This document shows, one piece after another, positions 19,276 through 29,027 of a DNA stretch of 64,000 nt. The notes below the pieces were generated by a model. That model was given only the letters and a program-made list of their open reading frames with translations. It searched no databases and was not told the DNA's origin. This DNA is from Polyangiales bacterium. GTDB lineage: Bacteria > Myxococcota_A > Polyangia > Polyangiales > Houyiibacteriaceae. The stretch's first letter is position 1. Each line of letters starts with the position of its first letter. Both the position numbers and the translations under genes were made by a program. The stretch lies in contig JBGCFM010000097.1 of NCBI GenBank assembly GCA_045106895.1, positions 12,605 through 76,604 of the forward strand, given 5' to 3'.

Positions 19276-20325
19276 CTACATCAAGAGCGGTTTGTCGAGG
19301 TCGCGTGCGCTCTTCTCGTGCTCGCTCCGAAAGCTGGAAAGGAGACGCGCCAGACGTGCCCCAGCCTTCTGCTTTTGGCGATAACGAACGCGGATAATGT
19401 CGCGCGCGCTGCACGACTCCATCAGGTAGTCGTCGCTGGTTTGCAGCTTGTCCACGAGGCCAAGTTCGAGCGCTTTGGTGCCGAGCCAATGTTCGCCGGT
19501 GGCGACTGCATCCACATCAAGTTTCGGCCTCTGCTCGCGAATGAAGTCCTTGAAGTGCCCGTGGGTTTCTTCGAGTTCGGCCTTCATCTTCTCGCGGCCT
19601 TTGTCCGTGTTTTCCCCGAACACCGTCAGCGTGCGTTTGTACTCGCCGGCGGTGAGGACCTCGAAGTCCACGTCGTTCTTCTTGAGCAGGCGGTGCAGGT
19701 TCGGAATCTGCGCCACGACGCCGATGGAACCAACGATGGCAAAGGGCGCGGCGATAATCTGATTCGCGACGCATGCCATCATGTAGCCACCGCTCGCGGC
19801 GATCTTGTCCACGGAGATCGTCAGCGGGATGCCCTTGTCACGGACACGCTGCAGCTGACTTGCGGCAAGCCCGTAGCTGTGGACCATGCCGCCGCCACTC
19901 TCCAAGCGAAGGAGCACTTCATCTTTCGCCGTCGCGCTCGTCAGGATGGCGCTGATCTCTTGCCGCATATGCTCATTGGCGCTGGCGCGAACATCCCCGT
20001 CGAAGTCCAACACAAACAGGCGCTGGCGAAGCTCCGGCTCGCCGCCTCGTTTCAGCATCTGCTTTTCTTCTTTGGCCTTCCGGCTTTCTTGCTTGCGCTT
20101 AGCTATCAAGCGCGTCTTCTGGGCGGCGGGCCCGAGCTGCACCGAGCTCAACGCAAACTCCATTCGGTCGAACTCGTCGTTGAGCACCGTGAGCTCGATT
20201 TCCGGGCGGCCTGACTTCCGCTGCCGAAACGCAAGTGCGGCGATGCCGAAGGCGACGACCAAAAACGACATCACGAGGGTGACGGCCTTGGCGAGAAACA
20301 TCCCGTACTCAGCTAAGAAGTCCAT
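19276..20325 (-). CDS. sohB: Protease SohB (S49)
   Basis: MDFLAEYGMFLAK, VLLRLESGGGMVHSYGLAASQL, VDKIAASGGYMMAC, TAGEYKRTLT. Confidence 0.95.
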   Translation of the reverse strand: MDFLAEYGMFLAKAVTLVMSFLVVAFGIAALAFRQRKSGRPEIELTVLNDEFDRMEFALSSVQLGPAAQKTRLIAKRKQESRKAKEEKQMLKRGGEPELRQRLFVLDFDGDVRASANEHMRQEISAILTSATAKDEVLLRLESGGGMVHSYGLAASQLQRVRDKGIPLTISVDKIAASGGYMMACVANQIIAAPFAIVGSIGVVAQIPNLHRLLKKNDVDFEVLTAGEYKRTLTVFGENTDKGREKMKAELEETHGHFKDFIREQRPKLDVDAVATGEHWLGTKALELGLVDKLQTSDDYLMESCSARDIIRVRYRQKQKAGARLARLLSSFRSEHEKSARDLDKPLLM

Positions 20326-20389
20326 GAAGGCTGGAGACTACAGGAAGCAGACCGGAGTGCACGTTTCGTTTCAGCGACGCAAACCCACG

Positions 20390-20422
20390 AAAAAGCCCCT
20401 CGCGCTTTCGCACGAAGGGCTC
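20390..20422 (-). terminator. Rho-independent terminator of thiolase gene
   Basis: Minus strand AGCCCTTCGTGC-GAAA-GCGCGAGGGGCT-TTTT. Confidence 0.8.
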
Positions 20423-20441
20423 TGTCCGAAGTGGACTTGAA

Positions 20442-21638
20442 CTACATCGATTCGAGCACGATAGCGATGCCCTGACCGCCGCCGATGCACGCCGAACCCA
20501 CGCTGAGGGACTTGCCCATCTTGCGCGCCGTGTAGACGAGGTTCGTGGTGATACGCGCGCCGGTGGCACCGAGGGGGTGACCGAGAGCGATGGCGCCGCC
20601 GTTGACGTTCGTCTTCTCTTCGGGGAGCCCAAGCTCCTTCTGAACCGCAAGGAACTGCGGCGCGAAGGCTTCGTTGACGTCGAAAAGGTCGATGTCGCCG
20701 ATGCTGAGGCCCGCGCGCTCGAGAGCGATGCGAATCGCTGGTGCAGGACCGATGCCCATAAGCGTTGGCTCGACGCCCGCGACGCCCCACTGAACGATCT
20801 TGGCAAGCGGCGTCAGGCCGCGTGTCTTGGCCCACTCGCCATCGACGACGATGAGCGCCGCAGCACCATCACAGATGCCGGAGGCGTTGCCCGCCGTGAC
20901 GACGCCGTCCTTCTTGAAGACGGGCTTGAGCTTCGCGAGGCCTTCCATCGTCGTCTCGAGACGAGGGTGCTCGTCCTTGTCGATGGTCTTGCTTCCGCGA
21001 CGCGTCTCGATGGTCACCGGCGCGAGCTCGTCGGCGAAGAAACCGCCCTCTTGCGCGGCGGCCCACTTCTTCTGGGAGCGAAGTCCGAAGGCGTCGGAGT
21101 CTTCGCGGCTGATGCCGTACTTCTCCGCGAGGTTCTCAGCCGTCACGGCCATCGGCGTGTTGCTGTAGCTGTCCGTGAGGGACTCCCAGAGCGTGTCGAC
21201 CATCTTCGGTGGGCGACCAAACTTCTGGCCGTCGCGCAGTCCGAAGATGGAGTGCGGCGCCTGGCTCATGTTCTCGCTGCCCGCCGCGAGGATCGCGTTG
21301 GCTTCGCCCATAAGGATCTGCTCGGCGGCGCTGATGACGGCCTGGAAGCCGGAGCCGCAGAGGCGGTTGACGGTGAGAGCGGGCGTCTCGATAGGAACGC
21401 CGGCCTTGAGACCCACGTGGCGTGCGCCGTAGATGGCGTCAGCGCTGGTCTGCTGAACGTTGCCGAGGATGACCTGGTCGATCTCGTCCGCTTTGAGCGT
21501 GGACTGCTCGATGGCGGCTTTGCCGGCGAGGACGCCGAGGTCGATGGCGCTGATGCTCTTGAGGCTGCCGTTCATGGCGCCGAAGGGCGTTCGCTTCGCG
21601 GCGACGATCCAGATCTCTTTGTTGAGTTTCTTAGGCAT
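20442..21638 (-). CDS. Acetyl-CoA C-acyltransferase (thiolase)
   Basis: NRLCGSG, NEAFA, GHPLGATG, ACIGGGQG. Confidence 0.96.
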   Translation of the reverse strand: MPKKLNKEIWIVAAKRTPFGAMNGSLKSISAIDLGVLAGKAAIEQSTLKADEIDQVILGNVQQTSADAIYGARHVGLKAGVPIETPALTVNRLCGSGFQAVISAAEQILMGEANAILAAGSENMSQAPHSIFGLRDGQKFGRPPKMVDTLWESLTDSYSNTPMAVTAENLAEKYGISREDSDAFGLRSQKKWAAAQEGGFFADELAPVTIETRRGSKTIDKDEHPRLETTMEGLAKLKPVFKKDGVVTAGNASGICDGAAALIVVDGEWAKTRGLTPLAKIVQWGVAGVEPTLMGIGPAPAIRIALERAGLSIGDIDLFDVNEAFAPQFLAVQKELGLPEEKTNVNGGAIALGHPLGATGARITTNLVYTARKMGKSLSVGSACIGGGQGIAIVLESM

Positions 21639-21784
21639 TCTTATCCTGCTTTCTGCGGAATTTCCGCTGGGAATGAGCCAGGTGTCTAGCGCCGGGAGCG
21701 CCGAGCGTCCGCGCGTAAAGTCACAGCTCCAGAAGCCTCACGTCCCAAAAGGCCAACGATCCCGTGGGGTGGATGGTGTTCGAC

Positions 21785-22714
21785 TCAGATCTCCTCACCG
21801 TCGATCCGGCAAGAGAACGCGGCCTCGCAGTCCCACCCCTCGGGCGCACACGAATCCGAGCAAGCTTCGCAGCCGTCCACATATGTGACAGTCCAATCGC
21901 TCCCGAGCGTTGCTCGGACGGTAATGCAGGCAGATTCGCCCCGGTCGGAGATGCAGCTCATGACGCCGCCTGACCCTGAGATGGCGAAGCACGATCCACC
22001 TGAGAAGACGCAGCTCCTCGTCGACGAGTCGCATCGATCGCCATCTGGGCACGCCCGGCAGTAGCCGCCGCAGGTGTCGTCGTCGCCGCAAGACTTACCG
22101 TCACACGAGGGTACACAGACCTCCTCGCATTGTCTTTCCGCCACGTTGCACGTCTGTCCGGCGGGACACCCGGTGCACGAGGCGCCGCAGCCATCATCCT
22201 CGCCGCATGCTCTGCCCTCGCACTGCGATACGCACCCAGTATTCTCGCATTGTTCGGACGACGTGTTGCATGTCTGACCCGCCGGGCACGTCGTGCACGA
22301 GTCACCACAACCGTCATCCTCGCCGCATGCTCTGCCGGCGCAGCTCGGCTCGCACGCACTCGGTTCACATCGCCAGCCACCATCGTCTGCACACACGTCT
22401 TCACACGACTCGGCGCCAAGACAGCGCCCGTTGAAACAGGACCGGCTGCTCACCGTCGCATTGGCACAGCTGCAAGCGATGACCCCACAGCCAGACTCAC
22501 AAGAGCCCGAACCTTCTTGCGCACGCTCGGCGGCACACGCGCCGGAGACGGAACCGTCATTTGCCGTCCCAGCATCCGTCACGGGGTCCGCGTCGTCGCC
22601 ACACGCCGCGCCGCAGGCCACCAAGAGCGTGAGCAGCAGTACTCGCAGAACGCTGGGGGGTTCGGGCGTGTGGAATCGCGCTCTTCGCGCACGTACTGTC
22701 AGAACCGATGTCAT
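21785..22714 (-). CDS. Cys-rich lipoprotein with three tandem ~40-aa repeats
   Basis: LVACGAACG lipobox; CxxxCxGRACGEDDGCG..C..CPAGQTC x3; true start may be downstream. Confidence 0.7.
   Translation of the reverse strand: MTSVLTVRARRARFHTPEPPSVLRVLLLTLLVACGAACGDDADPVTDAGTANDGSVSGACAAERAQEGSGSCESGCGVIACSCANATVSSRSCFNGRCLGAESCEDVCADDGGWRCEPSACEPSCAGRACGEDDGCGDSCTTCPAGQTCNTSSEQCENTGCVSQCEGRACGEDDGCGASCTGCPAGQTCNVAERQCEEVCVPSCDGKSCGDDDTCGGYCRACPDGDRCDSSTRSCVFSGGSCFAISGSGGVMSCISDRGESACITVRATLGSDWTVTYVDGCEACSDSCAPEGWDCEAAFSCRIDGEEI
22010..22360 (-). repeat. Three ~117-120 bp coding repeats
   Basis: ccgtcatcctcgccgcatgctctgcc / ccatcatcctcgccgcatgctctgcc repeated 120 bp apart; third copy more diverged. 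Confidence 0.8.
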
Positions 22715-22807
22715 CGCAAGACCTCAAGGGGAATAGGGAAAGAATGAGGGGCGAAAGCACGCCCTCTCCAAGTGGTTGTGCGACCCACAGGAACTTTGCC
22801 ATCTCGC

Positions 22808-23056
22808 TCAGATTTTTTTCGCAGGCCGGCCGGCGCCGCCTAGCTCTTCTCGTGCGTCGTACAGGCGTCTGGCGATTTCGTGGGCCGTGCCCGGATCGAG
22901 TGCGAGGTTGAGGCCGTAGAGCATGTTTCCTTCCGGGTCATGTCTATGAAAATCCCCGCACAGGTCATCGAACTTGTGACGTTCTCCGAGGGCGATCATC
23001 GAGCTGCTCGTGGCGATGAGCGCGCCGTCCGTTTGGCTCTCATTCGCCGAGCTCAT
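22808..23056 (-). CDS. Small hypothetical protein
   Basis: 82-aa ORF with globular-looking composition, fills the gap. Confidence 0.45.
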   Translation of the reverse strand: MSSANESQTDGALIATSSSMIALGERHKFDDLCGDFHRHDPEGNMLYGLNLALDPGTAHEIARRLYDAREELGGAGRPAKKI

Positions 23057-23169
23057 GTTCTGCCGTTGTCGCGGAGCCGTCGGCGCCGCCCCGGGCTCCG
23101 TTTCTTGCCCGCTTGAACCGCCCGGCGAATGAACGCCACGCGTAGTCCCGGTCCGGGTATGCTCCCCAC

Positions 23170-24042
23170 GTGAGCATCAACGTCCATCTCATCGACGGAA
23201 CCTATGAGCTTTTCCGCATGTACTTCGGTGCACCGGAGAGCAAATCCCCCGATGGCATCGAGATCGGGGCCTGCCGCGCGCTCCTGCGATCGCTGGCGTC
23301 GCTGCTACGACGACCCGAGATCACCCACGTTGGCATCGCCTTCGACCACGAGATTCAGTCGTTCCGAAACGATCTCTTCGATGGCTACAAGACCGGCGAA
23401 GGCATCGAACCCGAGCTTCTCGCGCAGTTCCCCATGGCCGAGTGGCTCGCGAACGCGTTGGGCATCGCCGTCTGGCCCATGATGGCCTTCGAAGCCGACG
23501 ACGGAATGGCCGCCGCCGCGGCGAAGTGCGAGCAGTACCCTGAGGTCGATCAGATCTTCATCCGCTCACCGGACAAAGACATGGCCCAGTGCGTCCGCGG
23601 AGACCGCGTCGTGCTCCTCCACCGAAAGAAGGGCGAAGAGCTCATCATCGACGAAGACGGAGTCCTCGAAAAGTGGGGCGTGCCGCCCATGTCCATCCCC
23701 GACTACCTAGCCCTCGTCGGCGACACCGCCGACGGAATCCCAGGCATCGCGCGCTGGGGCGCCAAAAGCGCGAGCCAAGTCCTGAGCCACTACCAAAGCC
23801 TCGAAGCCATCCCCGACGACGCCAAAGATTGGGACATCAAAGTTCGCGGCGCCGAAGCCCTCGCGCAGAACCTCGCCGCCGAACGTGAGAACGCCAAGCT
23901 CTACCGCAAGCTCGCGACGTTGCGCATCGACGCGCCGGTGCACGCGTCCCTCGAGGACCTGAAGTGGAACGGGCCCACGGCGGATATCGAGAGTGTTTGC
24001 GAGACGCTGAATGAGACCGTGGAAAACCTGCGGCTGAGTTAG
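23170..24042 (+). CDS. Standalone 5'-3' exonuclease / flap endonuclease (Pol I N-terminal-like)
   Basis: LIDG, FRNDLFDGYK, FEADD, SPDKD, DYLALVGDTADGIPGI..WGAKSA. Confidence 0.93.
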   Translation: MSINVHLIDGTYELFRMYFGAPESKSPDGIEIGACRALLRSLASLLRRPEITHVGIAFDHEIQSFRNDLFDGYKTGEGIEPELLAQFPMAEWLANALGIAVWPMMAFEADDGMAAAAAKCEQYPEVDQIFIRSPDKDMAQCVRGDRVVLLHRKKGEELIIDEDGVLEKWGVPPMSIPDYLALVGDTADGIPGIARWGAKSASQVLSHYQSLEAIPDDAKDWDIKVRGAEALAQNLAAERENAKLYRKLATLRIDAPVHASLEDLKWNGPTADIESVCETLNETVENLRLS

Positions 24043-24051
24043 GACGTCAGG

Positions 24052-25020
24052 ATGAGCAGCGAAACGTATTGGCCGAACAGACACTCCGCGTTCGCCGTGG
24101 ACGCAGAACGCACCAGAGGTTTGGGTGACGTAGTCCAGCTTTCGTATCAACTCGCTTCAGAGAGCCTCCGGCGACGCGCTTGGGACGGGTGGGGGCCTCA
24201 AGAGCAGCTCCGTCCGTTGGTCACCTTTGACCCGAGCCTCGAAGGCCTGTTTCTCAAAGCAGAGCCCTGGCCACCATTCAAGAGGGACTACACGGACGAG
24301 TTCCCCGCCGCTTTCGCTTCTTATGAGGAGGCCCACTACGCCCGTTTCGTCGATGAGATGTTCGAGGCCGGTGAACCACCAGAAGCGCTCACAGTTAAAG
24401 CACTGGGGCTTCTTCGCGAGATCGCGCCATCGGAGGGGCCTCTTCATAAACTCGCCCTGCTTCTAGAGAAGCGCGCGTGGACCCATCCTAAGATGCTGGC
24501 TTACCTGGTCCCTCGACTGACGCGACTGGCACATCTGACCGTCCTTCGTGCGCCGTGGGTCGTCAGGTGGCAGGACCAGAGTCGAGTCGAACTCATCGTA
24601 CGCGCTGGGTGCTGCGCAAGCGCAGGCAACCGGTCTATGGCCGACGAGCTGTTTGAGTTGGTGAGCGTGGACCCCCTCGACATCTGCATTGGACCGGGCG
24701 CCAAAGACCTCGGTATAGGAGGAACGCTTCTCAACGGGGGATTTGGCAAACCTATCCGCGATGCGGACCTCATTGAATGGGCCGAACTCAAGTCTTGTCG
24801 CGAGTACATCTTGAAGCAACGAGTCTCCACCTGTGACATCGATGCCCATCTATCAAACGACGATTCAGATTGGGACTCAATGTCCGACGGAGAGCGCAAG
24901 CTGAGAGTTCAGAACGAACACGAATCGCACGCCGCGCGTATCGAAGCGTTCGCCGCGCACCTTGACGCTGCGCATGCGAGGGGCGATGCCGTCATCTCTT
25001 TCTGGACGGACGAGTCGTGA
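24052..25020 (+). CDS. Hypothetical protein
   Basis: 322-aa ORF 9 nt after the exonuclease; ends AHLDAAHARGDAVISFW. Confidence 0.6.
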   Translation: MSSETYWPNRHSAFAVDAERTRGLGDVVQLSYQLASESLRRRAWDGWGPQEQLRPLVTFDPSLEGLFLKAEPWPPFKRDYTDEFPAAFASYEEAHYARFVDEMFEAGEPPEALTVKALGLLREIAPSEGPLHKLALLLEKRAWTHPKMLAYLVPRLTRLAHLTVLRAPWVVRWQDQSRVELIVRAGCCASAGNRSMADELFELVSVDPLDICIGPGAKDLGIGGTLLNGGFGKPIRDADLIEWAELKSCREYILKQRVSTCDIDAHLSNDDSDWDSMSDGERKLRVQNEHESHAARIEAFAAHLDAAHARGDAVISFWTDES

Positions 25021-25619
25021 ACCGCTCACCCAACGATCGCTCGTCCTATGCGGTCTGCCTGCCACTGGGCATCGGAGTTCGTTCGGAGCCGGAGGATGTT
25101 CGCTTTGATGGCATGTCCTTTCGATGCGTGCCCTTCCAGGTGCTCGTCCCGGGTCTAGTCGAAGGCGGCTACGGTCTGACGAACTGGCAAGTGGAACCGT
25201 GCATGATCCGGGACGGGTCACCCCTAGTCCGGAACTGGCGAAGTCCGCTTACGCGTGAAGCTGCCGAAGGTCTTATTCTTGGGCTCCTCGAGTCGTCATC
25301 GACGCAGGCCCTGGACTTGAAGAGCGCTCTTGACGACGGCAGCGCTAGCTCTTTGTGTGCTTACCTATCGGCGCTCGATGAGAAAACGTGGAGAGAAGAG
25401 CAGGTTCGCAACCTATACGTTTCCAGGCTGCTCCTGGGTGAGCTTTCAATCGCGCTGAATCGCTCATGCGACACGATCGGCGACGAGCTAGCGGACTCCA
25501 TAGGAGGCGTTTGGTCTCTCGTTCGTGATTTCGAACAACACCTTCTGGACAACCCAGACCTTTTGTCTCCTCGGTGGTCTGGCGCCGTGGCTGAGCTCTC
25601 GTCGGCGGCTCACGAATAG
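25017..25619 (+). CDS. Hypothetical protein
   Basis: GTGA overlap with upstream gene, 200 aa. Confidence 0.55.
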   Translation: MNRSPNDRSSYAVCLPLGIGVRSEPEDVRFDGMSFRCVPFQVLVPGLVEGGYGLTNWQVEPCMIRDGSPLVRNWRSPLTREAAEGLILGLLESSSTQALDLKSALDDGSASSLCAYLSALDEKTWREEQVRNLYVSRLLLGELSIALNRSCDTIGDELADSIGGVWSLVRDFEQHLLDNPDLLSPRWSGAVAELSSAAHE

Positions 25620-25856
25620 TCTCTCGGTATATTGAAGCGCCCGAGTCGGGCGCGTCTTCGACGTTGCTATTGCGTTCGTGGCCCAAGAAGCGCAGCCGTC
25701 CGACAGTGACGAAACGACCTCTGCCACCAAGCCGCCACTTCAGACTCACTCGAGCCATTCTCGCTGCCCTGCGCATGCAACCTTGGCGTCCAAGGTTGGC
25801 CGACCTGTGTAGAGCGACCGAGAGAACCTTAGGAGGTTCGCAGACTCTCCCGATAC

Positions 25857-26475
25857 TCAATCCGCGATGCGTTCGCTGAACACCCGGCTGACTGCGACGT
25901 GAAGAGCGGTTCAGCAGTCGTAGCGCGCGGCGTTGACCTCTGCGCCCGCGGCGACAAGCGCGCGTATGATGACCGGGCGCTCGTGCTCGGCGGCGTGGGT
26001 GAGGAACGCTCCGGCTTCTACCTTGGCGCCTTCGGCCAAGAGCGCCTCAACGAAGATCATTGGCGTAGATTTCACTCTTGAGCTGATCAAACTCGGCTCG
26101 GGTATAGAGACCATCCCAGAGACCGCGATTGAGCAATCTCGATGCGAGTTTCGGGTAACCCAGCCGAATCGCTGTTCGAATGCGCGCGCGTTTCGAGTCC
26201 GAGTCCTGCGCCCCTCGAACGATGACTTGGCGCGCGATGGCTTCGATGCCGCAAAGAAGCGCTTGCTCGTACCTTTCAAGCGTCGGCGTCAGGCCGCGTT
26301 CAAAAACCAAGTGCGCCGCGACGGCCATCTTTGCTTTGCAGACGGCGTCGAACAACGTCGTCAGCTCACCGGCGCTCACCTCCGGCAGCATGCACAGTCG
26401 CGTCACGACTTCGACCTCGTCGCCGGACGCGATGCTCTCGTGAACATCCGAGAGACGTGGAGCCGAAGTCGACAT
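25857..26475 (-). pseudogene. Ankyrin-repeat protein pseudogene
   Basis: Frame switch near 26050 (IYANDL / FVEALLAEGAKVE); LTHAAEHERPVIIRALVAAGAEVNAARYDC*TALHVAV with in-frame TGA at 25911-25913. Confidence 0.7.
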
Positions 26476-26488
26476 CCCTCATGCTAGC

Positions 26489-26923
26489 GTGTCGTTCGTG
26501 AGCACTCTAGGAAGTTTGATCGTCACTTCACCGACGTTCATCGAGCGCGTGTGCGGCGCTTGGCCGAGAGGAAGGGACAAGCCTCGCGATGGACACGAAG
26601 AGGTGTGGCAGATCGGCTACCTCCCCGACAACCCTGTTACTGGACCCAGCGCTCACGATGTGGCGAGAGAGCTCGAATCGGCGCTGCCTCTCTCTGCCGA
26701 CGTCAAAGTCCACCACGTGTGGTCGCAGCGCATCGCTCACGTGGGTTACCCGCGAGACGAACATGGCCAAGTCAAATACGACACGCCCTACCCGCTCTTC
26801 ATTCTCGACGACGAGATCGCACATCAGATGCTGAGCTGGTCCGACGCCTGGCTGCCCTATGCCGACGCTGCATTGCGACGCGCGGCCGGCTTGCAAGCCT
26901 ACTGTTTCGTGGACGACTACTAG
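26489..26923 (+). CDS. Hypothetical protein
   Basis: 144-aa ORF with GC3-rich codons. Confidence 0.6.
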   Translation: MSFVSTLGSLIVTSPTFIERVCGAWPRGRDKPRDGHEEVWQIGYLPDNPVTGPSAHDVARELESALPLSADVKVHHVWSQRIAHVGYPRDEHGQVKYDTPYPLFILDDEIAHQMLSWSDAWLPYADAALRRAAGLQAYCFVDDY

Positions 26924-26943
26924 CGAAAGAGGAGTGGAGACCT

Positions 26944-27411
26944 TTGACCGAGTACTACGATATCTACGCCCTCGCGTCTGAACGCACGCCGGAGATCATC
27001 CAGACGTTCATCGCTCGTTTCGTTCCAGACAACTCCACCGGCGATAGGCAATATGAGTACAACCTCCGCGGGGCAGACTCATCGCTCGCTTACTGTGGCC
27101 ATGATTTCTCGCGCTTTGTCTCCCTCGCTTGCACCAAGGGTACATCGTACGGCGGCGCACGAATCTACGAGCCGGGGTCGCTCCACACCGGCGGCTGGGT
27201 CTACTTCAATGACGATTCATCTTTGGTGTTGGGTCTCACGATTCGCAGCGACCGGGCACTCAAGACGCTCCAGAGACTCGTGGGCGCCATCGGATGTGGA
27301 TGGGGCTATATCGCGGGTGATGTACCCCCATCCTCATCGAAACACTCCTTCGTTGAAACGTGCCGGCAGGGCTCAAAGGGCTTCGTCGTTCGCCCGCGCC
27401 ACGGCACGTGA
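26944..27411 (+). CDS. Hypothetical protein (immunity-protein-like)
   Basis: GAGGAG RBS, TTG start, MTEYYDIYALASERT...YFNDDSSLVLGL...GYIAGDVPP. Confidence 0.65.
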   Translation: MTEYYDIYALASERTPEIIQTFIARFVPDNSTGDRQYEYNLRGADSSLAYCGHDFSRFVSLACTKGTSYGGARIYEPGSLHTGGWVYFNDDSSLVLGLTIRSDRALKTLQRLVGAIGCGWGYIAGDVPPSSSKHSFVETCRQGSKGFVVRPRHGT

Positions 27412-27822
27412 CTCGGACGGTTCAGCTCAGCGACGGACGCGGCGTGCTCTTTGGCGGTTCCGCGCTTGTTCAAATCGTTCGGCACACGAGCGTTCATCGC
27501 ACGAAAGCGGCCAAGCGAATTTCCATCGCCAAAAAAATCGGCAACTCCCCGACCACCCAGCAGCTTTTCACACGCGCTCCCGCGCACTGGCCCGCGCACT
27601 GCGCTGACCCTCGTCTGAGGTACAGCGCGACATGGCAGCGATGCTCGAAGTCATGAGCGGAATGCAGAAGAGGTCACCCTGTTGCGGTACGCCGTGCTCT
27701 TTCACAACGCGATGCACCGCCGCGAATGAGCGCCTTGAAAGTCGTGGGACGAAGAACGGAGCGACGCGAGTAGGCCTGTTCTGAGCAAGTTGCGGAGCAT
27801 GTTTCGTGATACGCGTTTGGGA

Positions 27823-28260
27823 ATGCACCCAGCTGCAGTCGTCGCGTTAACGCTTGGCTCCTTCGCCGTTGTTCAGGCGGCGGCCAATCGGCGAATCTCC
27901 ACCGAATGGGGCCTCGCTCCGACGATCTTCCTCAATGGGGGCGTCGTAATCCTGATGTGCGTGGCGTTCTACGTGGCTGCTCGACGCGGCTGGGTGGACG
28001 CCATCGGCAGTGAGGCACGCCTCTCGCAAATGCAGCTCTGGTGGTTGCTGCCTGGCGTGCTTGGTTTTCTTCTCATCACGGGGTTGCCGTGGGCCGTTGG
28101 TAAGATCGGAGCTACACAAGTATTTGTCGGCGTTGTGTTCGCTCAGATGGCTACAAGCCTCATATGGGACCGCGTCGCCGAAGGTCTTGAGCTGTCGTGG
28201 CAACGTGTGCTGGGCGTGTGCCTATGCGCAGCGGGTGTCGCGTTCGCATCGCGGGGCTGA
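27823..28260 (+). CDS. DMT family transporter (YdcZ-like)
   Basis: AVVQAAAN, WWLLPGVLG, KIGAT, AQMATSLIWD, RVLGV. Confidence 0.85.
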   Translation: MHPAAVVALTLGSFAVVQAAANRRISTEWGLAPTIFLNGGVVILMCVAFYVAARRGWVDAIGSEARLSQMQLWWLLPGVLGFLLITGLPWAVGKIGATQVFVGVVFAQMATSLIWDRVAEGLELSWQRVLGVCLCAAGVAFASRG

Positions 28261-28499
28261 CACGAACCGGACGACGAAGCGGTCTTTGCAACGTCCTTAC
28301 TGGCTCGTCAACTGCGGGCACGCATTGGTCTCTTTGTACGTCTTCATGGCGCGAACCCGGGCTCGTCCGCAGCTAACAAAGCATGCCTCCATCGCGACTT
28401 GCGGGAGCGCGAGTAAGCCTTCATTCTTAGGGCAGCCAGGACGACCTGTGCGCTCACACCATTCTTCGGGACGACCCGAAATTTCCCCTGGAGAATGTC

Positions 28500-28967
28500 A
28501 TGCGAACAACCGCCGACCGAGTACGCCACGCGATTTCTTTTGAGCTGAGCGGACTGCTCATCGTCATGTCGGCGGGCATCCTCCTCTTCAACAAACCCGC
28601 CGAAGATGTCGGCGCCGTCGCCATGGTCGCGTCACTTATCGCGGCGGTCTGGGCTTACGCCTACAACTACCTCTTCGATGTGGCCCTCCTGCGTCTTCAG
28701 GGCAAAACGCAGAAGACGATGACCCAGCGCGTGGTTCACGCCGTGGCCTTTGAGGCCAGCCTGCTGCTTATGATGCTGCCCTTCGTCGCGTGGCACTTGG
28801 ACGTCTCGTTGATGGACGCGTTCCTCATGGATGCCGCCCTCGCGAGCTTCTACATTGTGTACGCCTTCGTCTTCAACTGGGCCTACGATCACCAGTTCCC
28901 CGTCGCGGACGAATCCGCCAGCGAGGCCGCGCCTGCCTTCGACATGGGCGCTGCTTGTCCGGCGTGA
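28500..28967 (+). CDS. PACE family efflux transporter (AceI-like)
   Basis: RVRHAISFE, YNYLFD, RVVHAVAFE, FNWAYD. Confidence 0.92.
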   Translation: MRTTADRVRHAISFELSGLLIVMSAGILLFNKPAEDVGAVAMVASLIAAVWAYAYNYLFDVALLRLQGKTQKTMTQRVVHAVAFEASLLLMMLPFVAWHLDVSLMDAFLMDAALASFYIVYAFVFNWAYDHQFPVADESASEAAPAFDMGAACPA

Positions 28968-29027
28968 GCTCCTCTTCTTCAGCGAGGGGGCTGGACTAGG
29001 TCGCTCACTTTGCGCGACGCTACGACG

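Noticed and set aside
22747..22768. Hairpin GAGGGGCG-AAAGCA-CGCCCTC as a riboswitch
   Set aside because: Single stem without recognisable aptamer consensus.
25911..25913. Selenocysteine or recoded TGA in the ankyrin gene
   Set aside because: Position fits a Trp-to-stop mutation, another frameshift is nearby, and TGA acts as a normal stop elsewhere.
24043..27800. Integron cassette array
   Set aside because: Intergenic gaps are tiny or overlapping, with no repeated attC-like elements and no integrase.
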